Shown here one piece after another: positions 35,505 to 44,657 of a DNA stretch of 64,000 nt. Both the position numbers and the translations under genes were made by a program. Within the stretch, counting starts at the first letter, position 1, and each line of letters begins with the position of its first letter. The notes beneath the pieces are model-generated. The model had not been told where the DNA came from. It was given only the letters and a program-made list of their open reading frames with translations, and did no database searches. Source of the stretch: an uncultured virus (IMG/VR IMGVR_UViG_3300010262_000280) (taxonomy: Duplodnaviria; Heunggongvirae; Uroviricota; Caudoviricetes); IMG/VR virus record IMGVR_UViG_3300010262_000280; one strand, written 5' to 3'.

Positions 35505-35734
35505 TTTGGAAATCTCCTTTTGTGATGTCACCGCTGCCCTCTGCTGGCGAACATCGGACCCGGCGCATGACCGGCGCGCAAGGAGTAACGCGCAGGCCTC
35601 AACCTCCTTCCCAAACGAATGACGGCCACCCCGCGAGGGATGGCCGCCTGGCTTATGTAGGATTTTACGAGTCTAATCCTAATACATGGTGCGGGGAATA
35701 TCAAGAAACGAGTTGCAACAGCGAAGAACAGCTT

Positions 35735-36127
35735 TTAACTACCGAGGTAGCGGTAACACACCATCTTTACCGAATCTTCCGAATTGCGGCCTCCTATGAC
35801 CGCTGCGACCTCTTTCCATGCGAGCCCTCTCAGGAAGCGCAGCCGGAAGATCAGGCGCGTCTGGTCATCGTCGATGCCTTGAATGAACGGCATGATCTGC
35901 CCCTCGCTGGCCTTGACCTCTTCCTCCAGAAAGCCGACACGCGCATCCATATCCACAATCTCAGCTGCGAGGTCGCCGACCTTATCCTTTATGCCGGGAG
36001 TATGCGGCATACCTGTGAGGGCAGCCGCGCCGGGGCAAGCCGCGTCACGCAAGGACTGTAGCATCTCCCTTGCCCTTGCCAGTTTCTCTATCAGCTCAAA
36101 ATGCTGATTCAATTCCGAAAGCGTCGT
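35735..36127 (-). CDS. Late transcriptional activator (RinA/ArpU/sigma-r4-like)
   Basis: IDDDQTRLIFRLRFLRGLAWKEVA; last early gene. Start ambiguous (ACG 36127 or TTG 36112). Confidence 0.75.
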   Translation of the reverse strand, partial: TTLSELNQHFELIEKLARAREMLQSLRDAACPGAAALTGMPHTPGIKDKVGDLAAEIVDMDARVGFLEEEVKASEGQIMPFIQGIDDDQTRLIFRLRFLRGLAWKEVAAVIGGRNSEDSVKMVCYRYLGS

Positions 36128-36149
36128 AATAGCTCACCCCAATCTGTTC

Positions 36150-36338
36150 TTACTTCCTCTTGCCGCCCTGCTGGCTGACAGTCTCTCCAATCTGCATTTG
36201 CCGGTATGTTGGCTGCACTACCTCTACCGACACCACACGGGTATCTCCGTATCGCTCCAAATCCTGAGCAATCTGCTCCTTTATGCCAATGGCCTGCCCT
36301 GCCGGAGCGTTCACATGAACGGTGATAATGAGCATCAT
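36150..36338 (-). CDS. Hypothetical protein (62 aa)
   Basis: Coupled to neighbours. Confidence 0.6.
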   Translation of the reverse strand: MMLIITVHVNAPAGQAIGIKEQIAQDLERYGDTRVVSVEVVQPTYRQMQIGETVSQQGGKRK

Positions 36339-37036
36339 CGCACCGTCTGATAGGCGCGAGCTTTCTTGTTATAGACCAGATCGACCGGCGCGCCGCAGGA
36401 AAGGCAGTTGTAGGTGATACTGTCCTCTTCGATGTTCGTTCGGTACTTGAAGATCTTCCCGCACTTACAGCGGATGTGCGCCGACGTGAGATCGTGCAGC
36501 GGCGTTTCTCCACCGCAGGCCGCACACCGATAAGACGAGATAGGCTTTTTGACACAGAAGCCTCGCAAATCTCCGCACTGTGCGCACCGAATAAGCAGAA
36601 ACCCCTTGTATGTCTTCGGCGTGGTCTCCTCGACTTCTGCTCTATCAGGGATAGCCCATGTCTCTTTCGGCCCGAACATAGTCTCCGCACGGCCGGGCTT
36701 TGCACGAAACGAAGTCGGCTCTGCTTTGTGCATCTCCGGCAGAGATGCCTTCGTTGCAGCCCCGCGCCACACAGGGCGGCAGTCTATGCCATTCCCGAGG
36801 CGGCAATGCCATCTGTTCGCGCCGCTGAATTCCTCTTTCTCTCCATGCTCGCAGTATTCGCAGTTGCCGTTCAGCCACAGCAAGGCAGCAATATCGGTCG
36901 CGGCGGCGTTGATTGCCTCCTCCGCTCCCGCAAACTCCTGCACCAAGTCAAAAAGACGGCTGTAATCGTCGTACTGAATACGCCCGGTTTCGTTCAGCTC
37001 ATTGACAAAATCGAGCAGGTTTTCAAATCGTTCCAT
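36335..37036 (-). CDS. Multi-CxxC zinc-binding protein
   Basis: CEYC, CAQC, CAAC, CKC, CLSC motifs. Confidence 0.7.
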   Translation of the reverse strand: MERFENLLDFVNELNETGRIQYDDYSRLFDLVQEFAGAEEAINAAATDIAALLWLNGNCEYCEHGEKEEFSGANRWHCRLGNGIDCRPVWRGAATKASLPEMHKAEPTSFRAKPGRAETMFGPKETWAIPDRAEVEETTPKTYKGFLLIRCAQCGDLRGFCVKKPISSYRCAACGGETPLHDLTSAHIRCKCGKIFKYRTNIEEDSITYNCLSCGAPVDLVYNKKARAYQTVR

Positions 37037-37147
37037 AGAAACTCCTTTTCATTTCGGCACCACGCAACCGCAGGCCGTGCATTGGCCGTGAAAGTGTCCG
37101 TTGCTGCACGCCCAGGCGCTGGCTTTTTTAGTGCCATGGGGCAAATT

Positions 37148-37708
37148 TCAAGCATGATAATCCTCCAGCACATAGCACCAGCTCTGGGGCGGGCGCTTAA
37201 TGTCACCGCTCAATTTTTTGCAGCCTGTGCATTCCCATGTGTATTCTGCATGGCAAGAATCGCACGGGTCAGTTGCGCGCTGGAACTCGCCCAGATCGCG
37301 TGGCATATCATAAATGCGCAGGCCGGAGATGTGCCAGCCGTAAAGCGGTGTTCCGTGTCCATAATCCCATAGTGCCCCATTTTCAAGACAAGTCTGGAAT
37401 ACATAATCATCGTCAATGTCATAGATGCCATACGGATCGTTTGCTGGGGCAAGTCTATCTATGCGGTCGCAGGTAAATTCCCCGATGACTTTGCCATTAC
37501 ACCGACAAACGGTATTTGTGCGATAGTTGAGCTTGTCCAGTTCCCCGCAGGACACAGAAATGTAAGGGTGATCCATAGTGCAATAGATATAGCACTTGAA
37601 CGGTGTTTGCAGCTTCGGTCGCGTTTTTCGTACCTCGATGGTTTTCTCACCATTGACGATTTTCTCGCACCACTTCGGGCGGATGCTAATAAGCACACTT
37701 TTATCCAT
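37148..37708 (-). CDS. ASCH domain protein
   Basis: LISIRPKWCEKIVNGEKTIEVRK, GKVIGEF, RPPQSWCY. Confidence 0.85.
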   Translation of the reverse strand: MDKSVLISIRPKWCEKIVNGEKTIEVRKTRPKLQTPFKCYIYCTMDHPYISVSCGELDKLNYRTNTVCRCNGKVIGEFTCDRIDRLAPANDPYGIYDIDDDYVFQTCLENGALWDYGHGTPLYGWHISGLRIYDMPRDLGEFQRATDPCDSCHAEYTWECTGCKKLSGDIKRPPQSWCYVLEDYHA

Positions 37709-38120
37709 TTGCGCCCTCCAGCATGAGCTGCCCTGTCGCATACGCCTGATAGAGCGTCCTGCCGTTTCCGTCGGTGAGATACGGGAAGAACACTTCATCG
37801 ACGGCTACATCACAGGATTCCACAAGGGCAAGCTGCGCCAGCACCCAGTCGCGGATATTCCTCCATGCTGTCCTTTCAGCCTGTGCGCGGTCAGCTTTGA
37901 TCTTCTGCGCCGCGAACACTCGCAATGTCCCATCCACGGCCGCAGGGAGCCGAAAGCCCCTCGTACCGGCTACGGTCTCGATGGCGAACGTGACCGCTGT
38001 CGGCTTGCCGGATTCATAGTCCACCATGATTTTTGTCGCGCCAGCGCGGGCAAGCGCGCCCTGAATCTCGCCGAGGCTCGTGTAGATGTCCACGCCGCTG
38101 GTATAATTCTTAATTGCCAT
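37701..38120 (-). CDS. Conserved phage hypothetical protein
   Basis: QAERTAWRNIRDWV, FFPYL. Confidence 0.75.
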   Translation of the reverse strand: MAIKNYTSGVDIYTSLGEIQGALARAGATKIMVDYESGKPTAVTFAIETVAGTRGFRLPAAVDGTLRVFAAQKIKADRAQAERTAWRNIRDWVLAQLALVESCDVAVDEVFFPYLTDGNGRTLYQAYATGQLMLEGANG

Positions 38121-38126
38121 TTTGCT

Positions 38127-38378
38127 TTACCTCTTGAAATTGCCCGCCGCCCGGCAGCTCCCCCAGTGGGGAGCGAAGCCGGTGCCGGTGGCCTTGTGAG
38201 GATCTTCCGTATACTCACAGGAAATGACCTCGCCGTTAGGCGTGACGATCTTTTTACTGCCGGATCGGGGCTTTTCGATGTAATAGCGCGGGGTGGCGTC
38301 ACACGGCATGGACTTCCCTCCGGGTGTTCTGATCCAAACGATAGCCGCGCCGCAGCCTTTGCAGGTAGATGCTCTCAT
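38127..38378 (-). CDS. Small Zn-binding protein (CKGC...HWGSC)
   Basis: Motifs; translational coupling. Confidence 0.7.
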   Translation of the reverse strand: MRASTCKGCGAAIVWIRTPGGKSMPCDATPRYYIEKPRSGSKKIVTPNGEVISCEYTEDPHKATGTGFAPHWGSCRAAGNFKR

Positions 38379-39748
38379 TCGTCGGTCGCCTCCCCGAAAA
38401 GCTCATGTGTTCCGTCCTGGAGCGCCTTTTCATCGTCGGACATCTCGTAGCCCAGCTTGACGAGCAACGCATAGATGCGGTCCAACTTCTCGTTTTCCTC
38501 ATGCTTCATGGTGTAGCTGTTCCAGTAGCTGCGGAAATAGCCCTCGGACTTTCCGTCACCCAGGCGCGCATAGATCATTCGCAGGAGCGTCTTTTCAGGT
38601 GTCTTGCCGATCGCGTCGGTCACGGCCTGGAGCGTAAATGCAGCATCGCCCTCGCCGTCCTCGTTATCTTCGGCAAGGGTCTCGGCGCCGGTAGCCTGCG
38701 CGATTTCCTCTTCGGTGAGCCAACTGGTATCGTCCCAGTATTCGGCGTAGGCCCACAGCGCTACGATGTCCACAAGGCGCTTTTTGATGGCGGCTGTGGA
38801 AACGGTAGCCACGAAGTCGGCGCGAAGCTCGTAGGCGCGGGCGGTTGCTTCGGACAGCGCCTTTTCTGCGGCGTCCTTTCGCTCCTGCTTCAGCTGCTCC
38901 TCGCGCTCTTTCGCTTCTTCCTCTGGGGTAAGGGCGGTAGGCTCATCCTTGACCATCAGCACAATATAACCCCATGTTTCGACGAAGAAGAAATACTCAA
39001 TGGTATCGGCATCCTCCGGGCGATCCACTTTGACTTCTCCGTTGGTGTAGAAGCTATTGACTCTCTTATAGCCGGTCTTGTCGGTGATCTGCGTCGCAAA
39101 GGTACTCAGCTGCTCTACCCATAGGGCTTTGCGCGCCTCTGCAGCTTCATCATTGATGGCTTGTTTCAGCTTGTACTTGAAGTTCTCGGTGCCGATGTAA
39201 TCAAGCATTTCATTCTTGCGCTCCGGGCTTTTCAGCTTGTCCAGCTCCATGTACTCGAAAAGGCTGACGCCGCGCTCCTCGGACTTCTTGAATTTGTCCT
39301 TATCCAGCTCCAGGAGCTTCACACGGCGCCGGACAGTGGTGGCGGAAAAGCCGGACTTTTCCGCGATGTCCTCGACGGTATCTCCCATGTCAAGCATCAT
39401 CTGGAAGCCCTGCGCCTGCTCATAGACCGTCAGATCGGACCGCTGCATATTCTCCGTGAGCATCGTACTCAGCTGCTCCCGCTCCGACATCTCGACCACG
39501 ACGCAGGGAAGCTCCTCCAGGCCGGCCAGCTTTGCGGCCGCAAGACGGCGGTGGCCGATGATAACGCGGTAGCTTTCTCCGTCCCACTTCTTCGTGATTT
39601 CCCCGATCAGCGGAACAACGGTGAGGTTTTGGAGTACGCCGTTGACCTTGATGCTCTCGGCCAGCTCGGTCACATCGCCCAGGTCCTTACGGGGGTTATC
39701 GGGATGCCCCCACAGTTTACTGACCGGAATGTACTTGATTTCTGCCAT
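38375..39748 (-). CDS. ParB/RepB/Spo0J family protein
   Basis: HPDNPRKD, IIGHRRLAAA, ENMQRSDL, HTH. Confidence 0.88.
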   Translation of the reverse strand: MAEIKYIPVSKLWGHPDNPRKDLGDVTELAESIKVNGVLQNLTVVPLIGEITKKWDGESYRVIIGHRRLAAAKLAGLEELPCVVVEMSEREQLSTMLTENMQRSDLTVYEQAQGFQMMLDMGDTVEDIAEKSGFSATTVRRRVKLLELDKDKFKKSEERGVSLFEYMELDKLKSPERKNEMLDYIGTENFKYKLKQAINDEAAEARKALWVEQLSTFATQITDKTGYKRVNSFYTNGEVKVDRPEDADTIEYFFFVETWGYIVLMVKDEPTALTPEEEAKEREEQLKQERKDAAEKALSEATARAYELRADFVATVSTAAIKKRLVDIVALWAYAEYWDDTSWLTEEEIAQATGAETLAEDNEDGEGDAAFTLQAVTDAIGKTPEKTLLRMIYARLGDGKSEGYFRSYWNSYTMKHEENEKLDRIYALLVKLGYEMSDDEKALQDGTHELFGEATDE

Positions 39749-39798
39749 AAAACGCTCCTTTCTTACGCCGAGCTTTGCCCCTCGGCTGGGACGGTTTA

Positions 39799-40983
39799 TT
39801 ATTTTCGGCTCATGCCGTTCACGCGGCACCAGTGCCGCTGGGCCTGCTTCTTCCTCGCGGTGCGGCAGGCTGCACAGAAGCGGTTTTCCTTGCGCTCGTA
39901 GAAGGTGCCGCCGCACCGTGCGCAATACTGAGGCTGAATACGCCGGAATGCTGTGCAGCTGTCGCAATCCGTACACCCTGCGGAGCATCCGCCAATGTCG
40001 TCCCAATTCATGCACATAAACCGCTGCCAGTAAGGATCATAGCCGAGATCGTTCATGCGCTTGCGAAGGACCGTTGCCAGCGCGGATAGATCGCGCCTGA
40101 CCTGATGGCGGGTGCGGGAGATATAGAAGCCATGACGGACATCCATTTCCGGCGCACCGTGTCCCCACGAGCCATCACCGAGCATTTCCCGCACCTTGTC
40201 GGCGTTCTCGGTCAGATAATCGTTGTAGACCTTGGAGCGGACGCACTTTTCGGAACGGCCGACCGCCTTGCCTATGGCAGCGTAGCTGTCGCCGTGGCGG
40301 ATGCCGTCTGCCAGTATTTCAAAATCCTCGCTGGTCCATGTGCCACGCTTGCCGGTCAGCTCCATCGAAACGGGGCGATCCTTGATGCCGAGGTCACGGC
40401 AACGGCGCGCGATCGCACCGTGAGAACGATGCATCATCTCGGAAATTTCCGCCCATGAGTACCTGTGCTTACTGAGTAGCATCTTCAGCCGAGAGTCCTC
40501 GTCCTCTCCCCACGGGTCTTTCCTCTGAATGGCGTATGCCTCAAAGTCTTTCTTGCGCTGCTCGGCTACCCAGCCCGGCTCCTCACCGAGCGCCAACGGC
40601 TCCATCTTGGAAAAGTCGATGAAGCTGCGGTATCGCTCGGCCCACTCCCAGAACTCTTCAATGTAGACCACCCGAAAGCTGCAGCGGTTGACCTTTTTTG
40701 TGTGGACGGGCAAGCCGCGATTTTCGACCCAGCTTTTCATTTTGTAGCCGTAGGAGCTGCTTCCTCCGTTCACCGCCAGCAGGAGTTGATTTAGAGTGAC
40801 ATACTCGCCAGCCATCAATACCGCGCCTAAACCCAGACGCTGAGCTCTGACCTTGACGGCGTTTGTGGTACGATTGAGTTTCTTTGCGATGGACGGAACA
40901 GAAATCTGCCCCCACTTTTCCATCAAATAATCTTCTTCCTCGGGCTTCCATGTCCGGCTCCCGAGCGGCGGCGGCTGCCGCAT
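39799..40983 (-). CDS. Repeated HTH (Myb/SANT-like W-x-x-E-E/D) DNA-binding protein with C-terminal Cys clusters
   Basis: TWKPEEEDYL, PWGEDEDSRL, TWTSEDFEIL repeats. Confidence 0.7.
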   Translation of the reverse strand: MRQPPPLGSRTWKPEEEDYLMEKWGQISVPSIAKKLNRTTNAVKVRAQRLGLGAVLMAGEYVTLNQLLLAVNGGSSSYGYKMKSWVENRGLPVHTKKVNRCSFRVVYIEEFWEWAERYRSFIDFSKMEPLALGEEPGWVAEQRKKDFEAYAIQRKDPWGEDEDSRLKMLLSKHRYSWAEISEMMHRSHGAIARRCRDLGIKDRPVSMELTGKRGTWTSEDFEILADGIRHGDSYAAIGKAVGRSEKCVRSKVYNDYLTENADKVREMLGDGSWGHGAPEMDVRHGFYISRTRHQVRRDLSALATVLRKRMNDLGYDPYWQRFMCMNWDDIGGCSAGCTDCDSCTAFRRIQPQYCARCGGTFYERKENRFCAACRTARKKQAQRHWCRVNGMSRK

Positions 40984-40997
40984 TCCGTTCCCTCCCA

Positions 40998-41855
40998 TCA
41001 AAATAGAGTGAGCTGGCCGGTTTTCGTTTCCGCCAGCGGTTGAGATTGTTCCGGCGGCGCGGCAGGCGCCGGCGGCTCTGCCGGTACCTGCTCTGCCGCG
41101 TTCCGAAACAGGAGATCCATTTGCGCCCCGATGCGGCGGTAGTGCCAGACATCGCGGAAATACATCGGTGTGTACCAGACCTGCGGGCCGTCCTTTGGCA
41201 GCAGACCGCGGGCGTCGTAGCTGACGGACGGGCGCAGGAGAGAGTCGTCAATGACAACATAGCCGGGGCAGCCGAGCAAGCTCAGTTGGATGTAGCACAT
41301 ACACCCGGCGAGGAAATCTATGTCCTGCGCCACGAACAGCACCGAGGTCTGATAGTTGATATGCTGTCTCCGGCACTCATTGGCGAATGCGAGCAGCAGC
41401 GCACCGGCTCCGCAGGCAGGGTCGTTCACGGACACCCAGCCCTGCTTTTCTACCCGCGCCGTCATATCAGGCGCATAGGTCATCGCGGACATCGCCCTGC
41501 AGACACTGTACGGAGTAAAGAACTGTCCTTTCCATTCGTTTCCGAGGCCGAGCGCCATAAAAAGCTCACCGAGGAAGTCCTGCTCGGGATCGCGCTCCAA
41601 TTCGGCTACGACCTCAAGCAACATATCTGCAAAGACTTCCAGCTCCTTAGCGGAATACTTCTCTGCGCGGCTGCGGTACATTTCTTCCCTGGCCTTGGCC
41701 TGCGGGCCTCCCATCGTGTTGGCGATTGCGATGGCCGACATGATGATGAAGTCCTGCCAGATGTCCCAGCGGGAATACTTCCCACTCAGCCCTTCTATGA
41801 AGCGGACGATATTCTTCTGACTTTCCCCTCTGACGTGCCGCAGGGCGTTTCCCAT
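40998..41855 (-). CDS. N6-adenine DNA methyltransferase-like protein (short, N-6 DNA methylase family)
   Basis: GQFFTPY, VNDPACGAGALL; motif IV appears only as WYTPMY. Confidence 0.75.
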   Translation of the reverse strand: MGNALRHVRGESQKNIVRFIEGLSGKYSRWDIWQDFIIMSAIAIANTMGGPQAKAREEMYRSRAEKYSAKELEVFADMLLEVVAELERDPEQDFLGELFMALGLGNEWKGQFFTPYSVCRAMSAMTYAPDMTARVEKQGWVSVNDPACGAGALLLAFANECRRQHINYQTSVLFVAQDIDFLAGCMCYIQLSLLGCPGYVVIDDSLLRPSVSYDARGLLPKDGPQVWYTPMYFRDVWHYRRIGAQMDLLFRNAAEQVPAEPPAPAAPPEQSQPLAETKTGQLTLF

Positions 41856-41858
41856 GAC

Positions 41859-42092
41859 TTAGCCCTCCTTGTCCGCTGCTTTCAGTTCTGCGGCTTCGCG
41901 CAGCTGCGGAGCGACTGACTTAACGGCGGCTTGATACCCGGCGTCATACCCGCGTTTCCACACGCGGCTGAGGTAGGCCGCAAGCGTCGCCTTGTCCATG
42001 TGTTTGATTGTCTTGTAATCCTCGCGGCGCATCTGACCGGCAAGCTGCAGGTCGTGCGCGGTATGCTTATTGGCATTTACAGTCGGCATCAA
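41859..42092 (-). CDS. Hypothetical protein (77 aa)
   Basis: Translational coupling. Confidence 0.65.
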   Translation of the reverse strand: MMPTVNANKHTAHDLQLAGQMRREDYKTIKHMDKATLAAYLSRVWKRGYDAGYQAAVKSVAPQLREAAELKAADKEG

Positions 42093-42772
42093 TCTTCACC
42101 GCCTTCCGTGTCGTCAGGCTCGTCGGTAGGGAGGACCTCGCGGCCATCGGAGCCGTTATACGGACCGACGACACCCAGCTCCTCCAGTGCGTCAATCAGA
42201 CGCGCAGCCTTTGCGTAGCCAACGCTCATGCGGCGTTGCAACAGCCCCACAGTCGCTTTATTCTCTGCCCGAACAATGGTAATGGCCTGCTGAATGTCGG
42301 GGTCGTCCAGGTCAACCTCGGGGCCATCCTCGCCCTGCATATCCCCCTCGTCCTCCGGCTCCTCGTCGGTATCGCCAGCCTCGTCCTCGTCAATGACCGG
42401 CATGAGGCCGCTGCGCAATGCGTTCTTTTCCAGCACATCGCGGAAGAAATACTGCTGCCAGTAGGTAATCATCTTCACCAGAATGGACTCGATCTTGGTG
42501 CGGAGCGTCTTGCTGATGGTAAAGGTGCCGCCCGTTACCTTCGTGTCCAGACCGCCGTCCTCGAAGATCCAGGACATGGAGGCGTCGGGGCTGCGGTAGC
42601 CGACCTCCTCGACATTCTCCAGCATGGAAATCTGCGCGTCCATGCCCTGTACGGGCTTGATAGTAAAGATGATGGGGTATCTGTCTTTTTCAAAGCGATA
42701 GACGAGATCATGCTCATCGCACAGGCCCTGCATCTTCTTCTTTTGGGCTTCATACATGGAAATTTCGCTCAT
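42089..42772 (-). CDS. Protein with C-terminal FtsK-gamma winged helix, no motor domain
   Basis: ATVGLLQRRMSVGYAKAARLIDALEELGVVGPYNGSDGREVL. Confidence 0.8.
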   Translation of the reverse strand: MSEISMYEAQKKKMQGLCDEHDLVYRFEKDRYPIIFTIKPVQGMDAQISMLENVEEVGYRSPDASMSWIFEDGGLDTKVTGGTFTISKTLRTKIESILVKMITYWQQYFFRDVLEKNALRSGLMPVIDEDEAGDTDEEPEDEGDMQGEDGPEVDLDDPDIQQAITIVRAENKATVGLLQRRMSVGYAKAARLIDALEELGVVGPYNGSDGREVLPTDEPDDTEGGED

Positions 42773-42791
42773 GGTGGTAACTCCTTTCAAT

Positions 42792-43304
42792 TCAGTTGAG
42801 CAGAAGCAGCGTGCCATTCCACGCCGTCTGCACTTGATATTTCTCCAAGTCGGCCTCCGTCACATACTTGCGGCCGAAGTGGTCTTTCATGGTCTTCCAG
42901 ATGTCCCAGGGGACGCAATAGACCATGCCGGAGCTGAAACCGGCGATGACAAAGCAGCGAGCGCCGAGCGCCTGATGCCTGTCCATATAGTCCTGCTGGC
43001 TCTGGAGGACGCGGCTCTGCTCCATTCGGTCGGCGGCGGTGAATTTCGCCTCGAACATGACCGTCCTGCCGCCCTTGATGGTGCCTTTATAGTCCGGCTG
43101 TGCCTGCTTTTCGTAGTAGGCGATGAACTTGCCATTGCCGAGATTTTTCGTGGGGTGCATCGGCTCCGGCGTCTTTTCGATGATCGCAAAGCCTTTCTGC
43201 GCGTAGTAGGCAAAGGAATCGTCGATGCGGCTCTCAAACTGCTTACCGCGGGCTTTTGCGATCTTGCCGAGCAGCTGGCGCTTCGGGTCTTTCTTCACAG
43301 TCAT
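42792..43304 (-). CDS. Holliday junction resolvase RecU-like
   Basis: GKQFE, EKTPEP, PDYKG, FEAK. Confidence 0.85.
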   Translation of the reverse strand: MTVKKDPKRQLLGKIAKARGKQFESRIDDSFAYYAQKGFAIIEKTPEPMHPTKNLGNGKFIAYYEKQAQPDYKGTIKGGRTVMFEAKFTAADRMEQSRVLQSQQDYMDRHQALGARCFVIAGFSSGMVYCVPWDIWKTMKDHFGRKYVTEADLEKYQVQTAWNGTLLLLN

Positions 43305-43483
43305 GAGAGATACCCTCCCAGCCATAGCCCGCCGGCGAGCATTCCAAGCCCGATGCAACCTTGCCGGAGTATCTGGCTCATGGGGATAAGGTCGCAATCG
43401 CTGGCACCGGCAGTTCCGAGGACCAGGAGGAAGCCGAGCGCGGCGATGATGCCACAGGCTTGCCGAAATCTCTTTCGCGTCAT
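43301..43483 (-). CDS. Small membrane protein
   Basis: Two hydrophobic stretches; GGAGG RBS. Confidence 0.6.
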   Translation of the reverse strand: MTRKRFRQACGIIAALGFLLVLGTAGASDCDLIPMSQILRQGCIGLGMLAGGLWLGGYLS

Positions 43484-43488
43484 GCTCG

Positions 43489-44106
43489 TTACCTCCAGAT
43501 GTATTCGCGGCAGAAGATGTGATCTCCGATCTGCCCCCATACGCGATCGTTCTCTCCATTGCGGGAGAAGAAAACCACGTCGGCGTCAAGGATCGTATCT
43601 CCATACAGAGCGCCGTTGATAGCGTCATACTGCGCTTGCGTCGGCGTCGCGGTGCTGACCGCGTAGATGGTGGAGAACTGGGGAACATCGCCGTCTTCTC
43701 CTTGGTGCAGCACATCGTGTACTGAGTCCGGGAAAGCGGAGTGCAGCACGCGGTTGAAAACGACTTCGACAACGGCCTGCTGCCCCTCGGCGCTCTGATT
43801 GCCGGCTTCGAGGAATACGACCGCAGCCAGTTCTGCCAGCTCCTCGTCAGTCATTTCGATGTTGACATACCGAGCTGCACGGGCGGGGCGATCTTCGGCC
43901 CAGGTAACTTGCTCAGCCTCGGTCATTTCTGCTTCTAAAAGCCGGACAGGTGCTGTCGTTGCTGGGTTTTCTAACTTGCCGGTCATTTGTGCCGACGCTG
44001 CGGTTTCCTCGCTGACACTGATGCGGAGAGCCACGATGCAGGCCAAAACTGCGAGCAGGCAGATAAGCGGCGCCGGCGAAGCCCTCCTTTTTCTTCTTCG
44101 TTTCAT
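43489..44106 (-). CDS. Cell wall hydrolase (SleB/Hydrolase_2) with N-terminal anchor
   Basis: LAAVVFLEAGNQSAEGQQAVVEVVFNRV, QFS, IGDHIF. Confidence 0.85.
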   Translation of the reverse strand: MKRRRKRRASPAPLICLLAVLACIVALRISVSEETAASAQMTGKLENPATTAPVRLLEAEMTEAEQVTWAEDRPARAARYVNIEMTDEELAELAAVVFLEAGNQSAEGQQAVVEVVFNRVLHSAFPDSVHDVLHQGEDGDVPQFSTIYAVSTATPTQAQYDAINGALYGDTILDADVVFFSRNGENDRVWGQIGDHIFCREYIWR

Positions 44107-44657
44107 GTTTTCCCTCCTATCTGCTTCATGCCCGGCCCGACCGCTTTGCGCGGCCCACTGTTGAGCGCGCTTGTCTGCCGGATGATCGTTTCATATGCGG
44201 ACTTGAAACCGTCGTAGTTGTAATACTCGTATGTCTTTACGGTGCCGTCGCCAAAGGTGCGCTCTCCTATTGCAATCAACCGAGAGGGGCCACCCATAGC
44301 CTCAATGACGCGCCTGATATCCGTTCCATCCGGCAATCTTGCCACAGCCTCCTCTGGCGTTTTCCCAAGGTCCATATCGAGCTTGAGGTAATTCCACGCC
44401 TGGTCAATCCGCGCCCTCACTTCGGCCTGCACCTTTTCGGCTTTTTCCTTGAATTCTGCGATAGTCGGCGGGAATTTGCACTCGCGCACCAACTTTACAA
44501 CAGCCTGCTGTCCCGTCCAGAAGTCGATCTCCGGCAAGCAGGTCACCCACAGATTGATGGTAGGGCCGAGCTTTGCAATGCCGCCCTTGAAAACCTCTGC
44601 ATTCGGATAGGCAAGGAGCATTACAGCGAATATCTCGCTCATTTCCTTGTGCGTCAT
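44103..44657 (-). CDS. Replicative helicase loader/inhibitor (G39P-like)
   Basis: LAYPN, KFPPTIAEF; follows the initiator. Confidence 0.75.
   Translation of the reverse strand: MTHKEMSEIFAVMLLAYPNAEVFKGGIAKLGPTINLWVTCLPEIDFWTGQQAVVKLVRECKFPPTIAEFKEKAEKVQAEVRARIDQAWNYLKLDMDLGKTPEEAVARLPDGTDIRRVIEAMGGPSRLIAIGERTFGDGTVKTYEYYNYDGFKSAYETIIRQTSALNSGPRKAVGPGMKQIGGKT

Noticed and set aside
36994..37158. Short ORF MLEICPMALKK... with good RBS between ASCH and Zn-finger genes
   Set aside because: Looks like a frameshifted or deleted gene remnant; cannot assign a product
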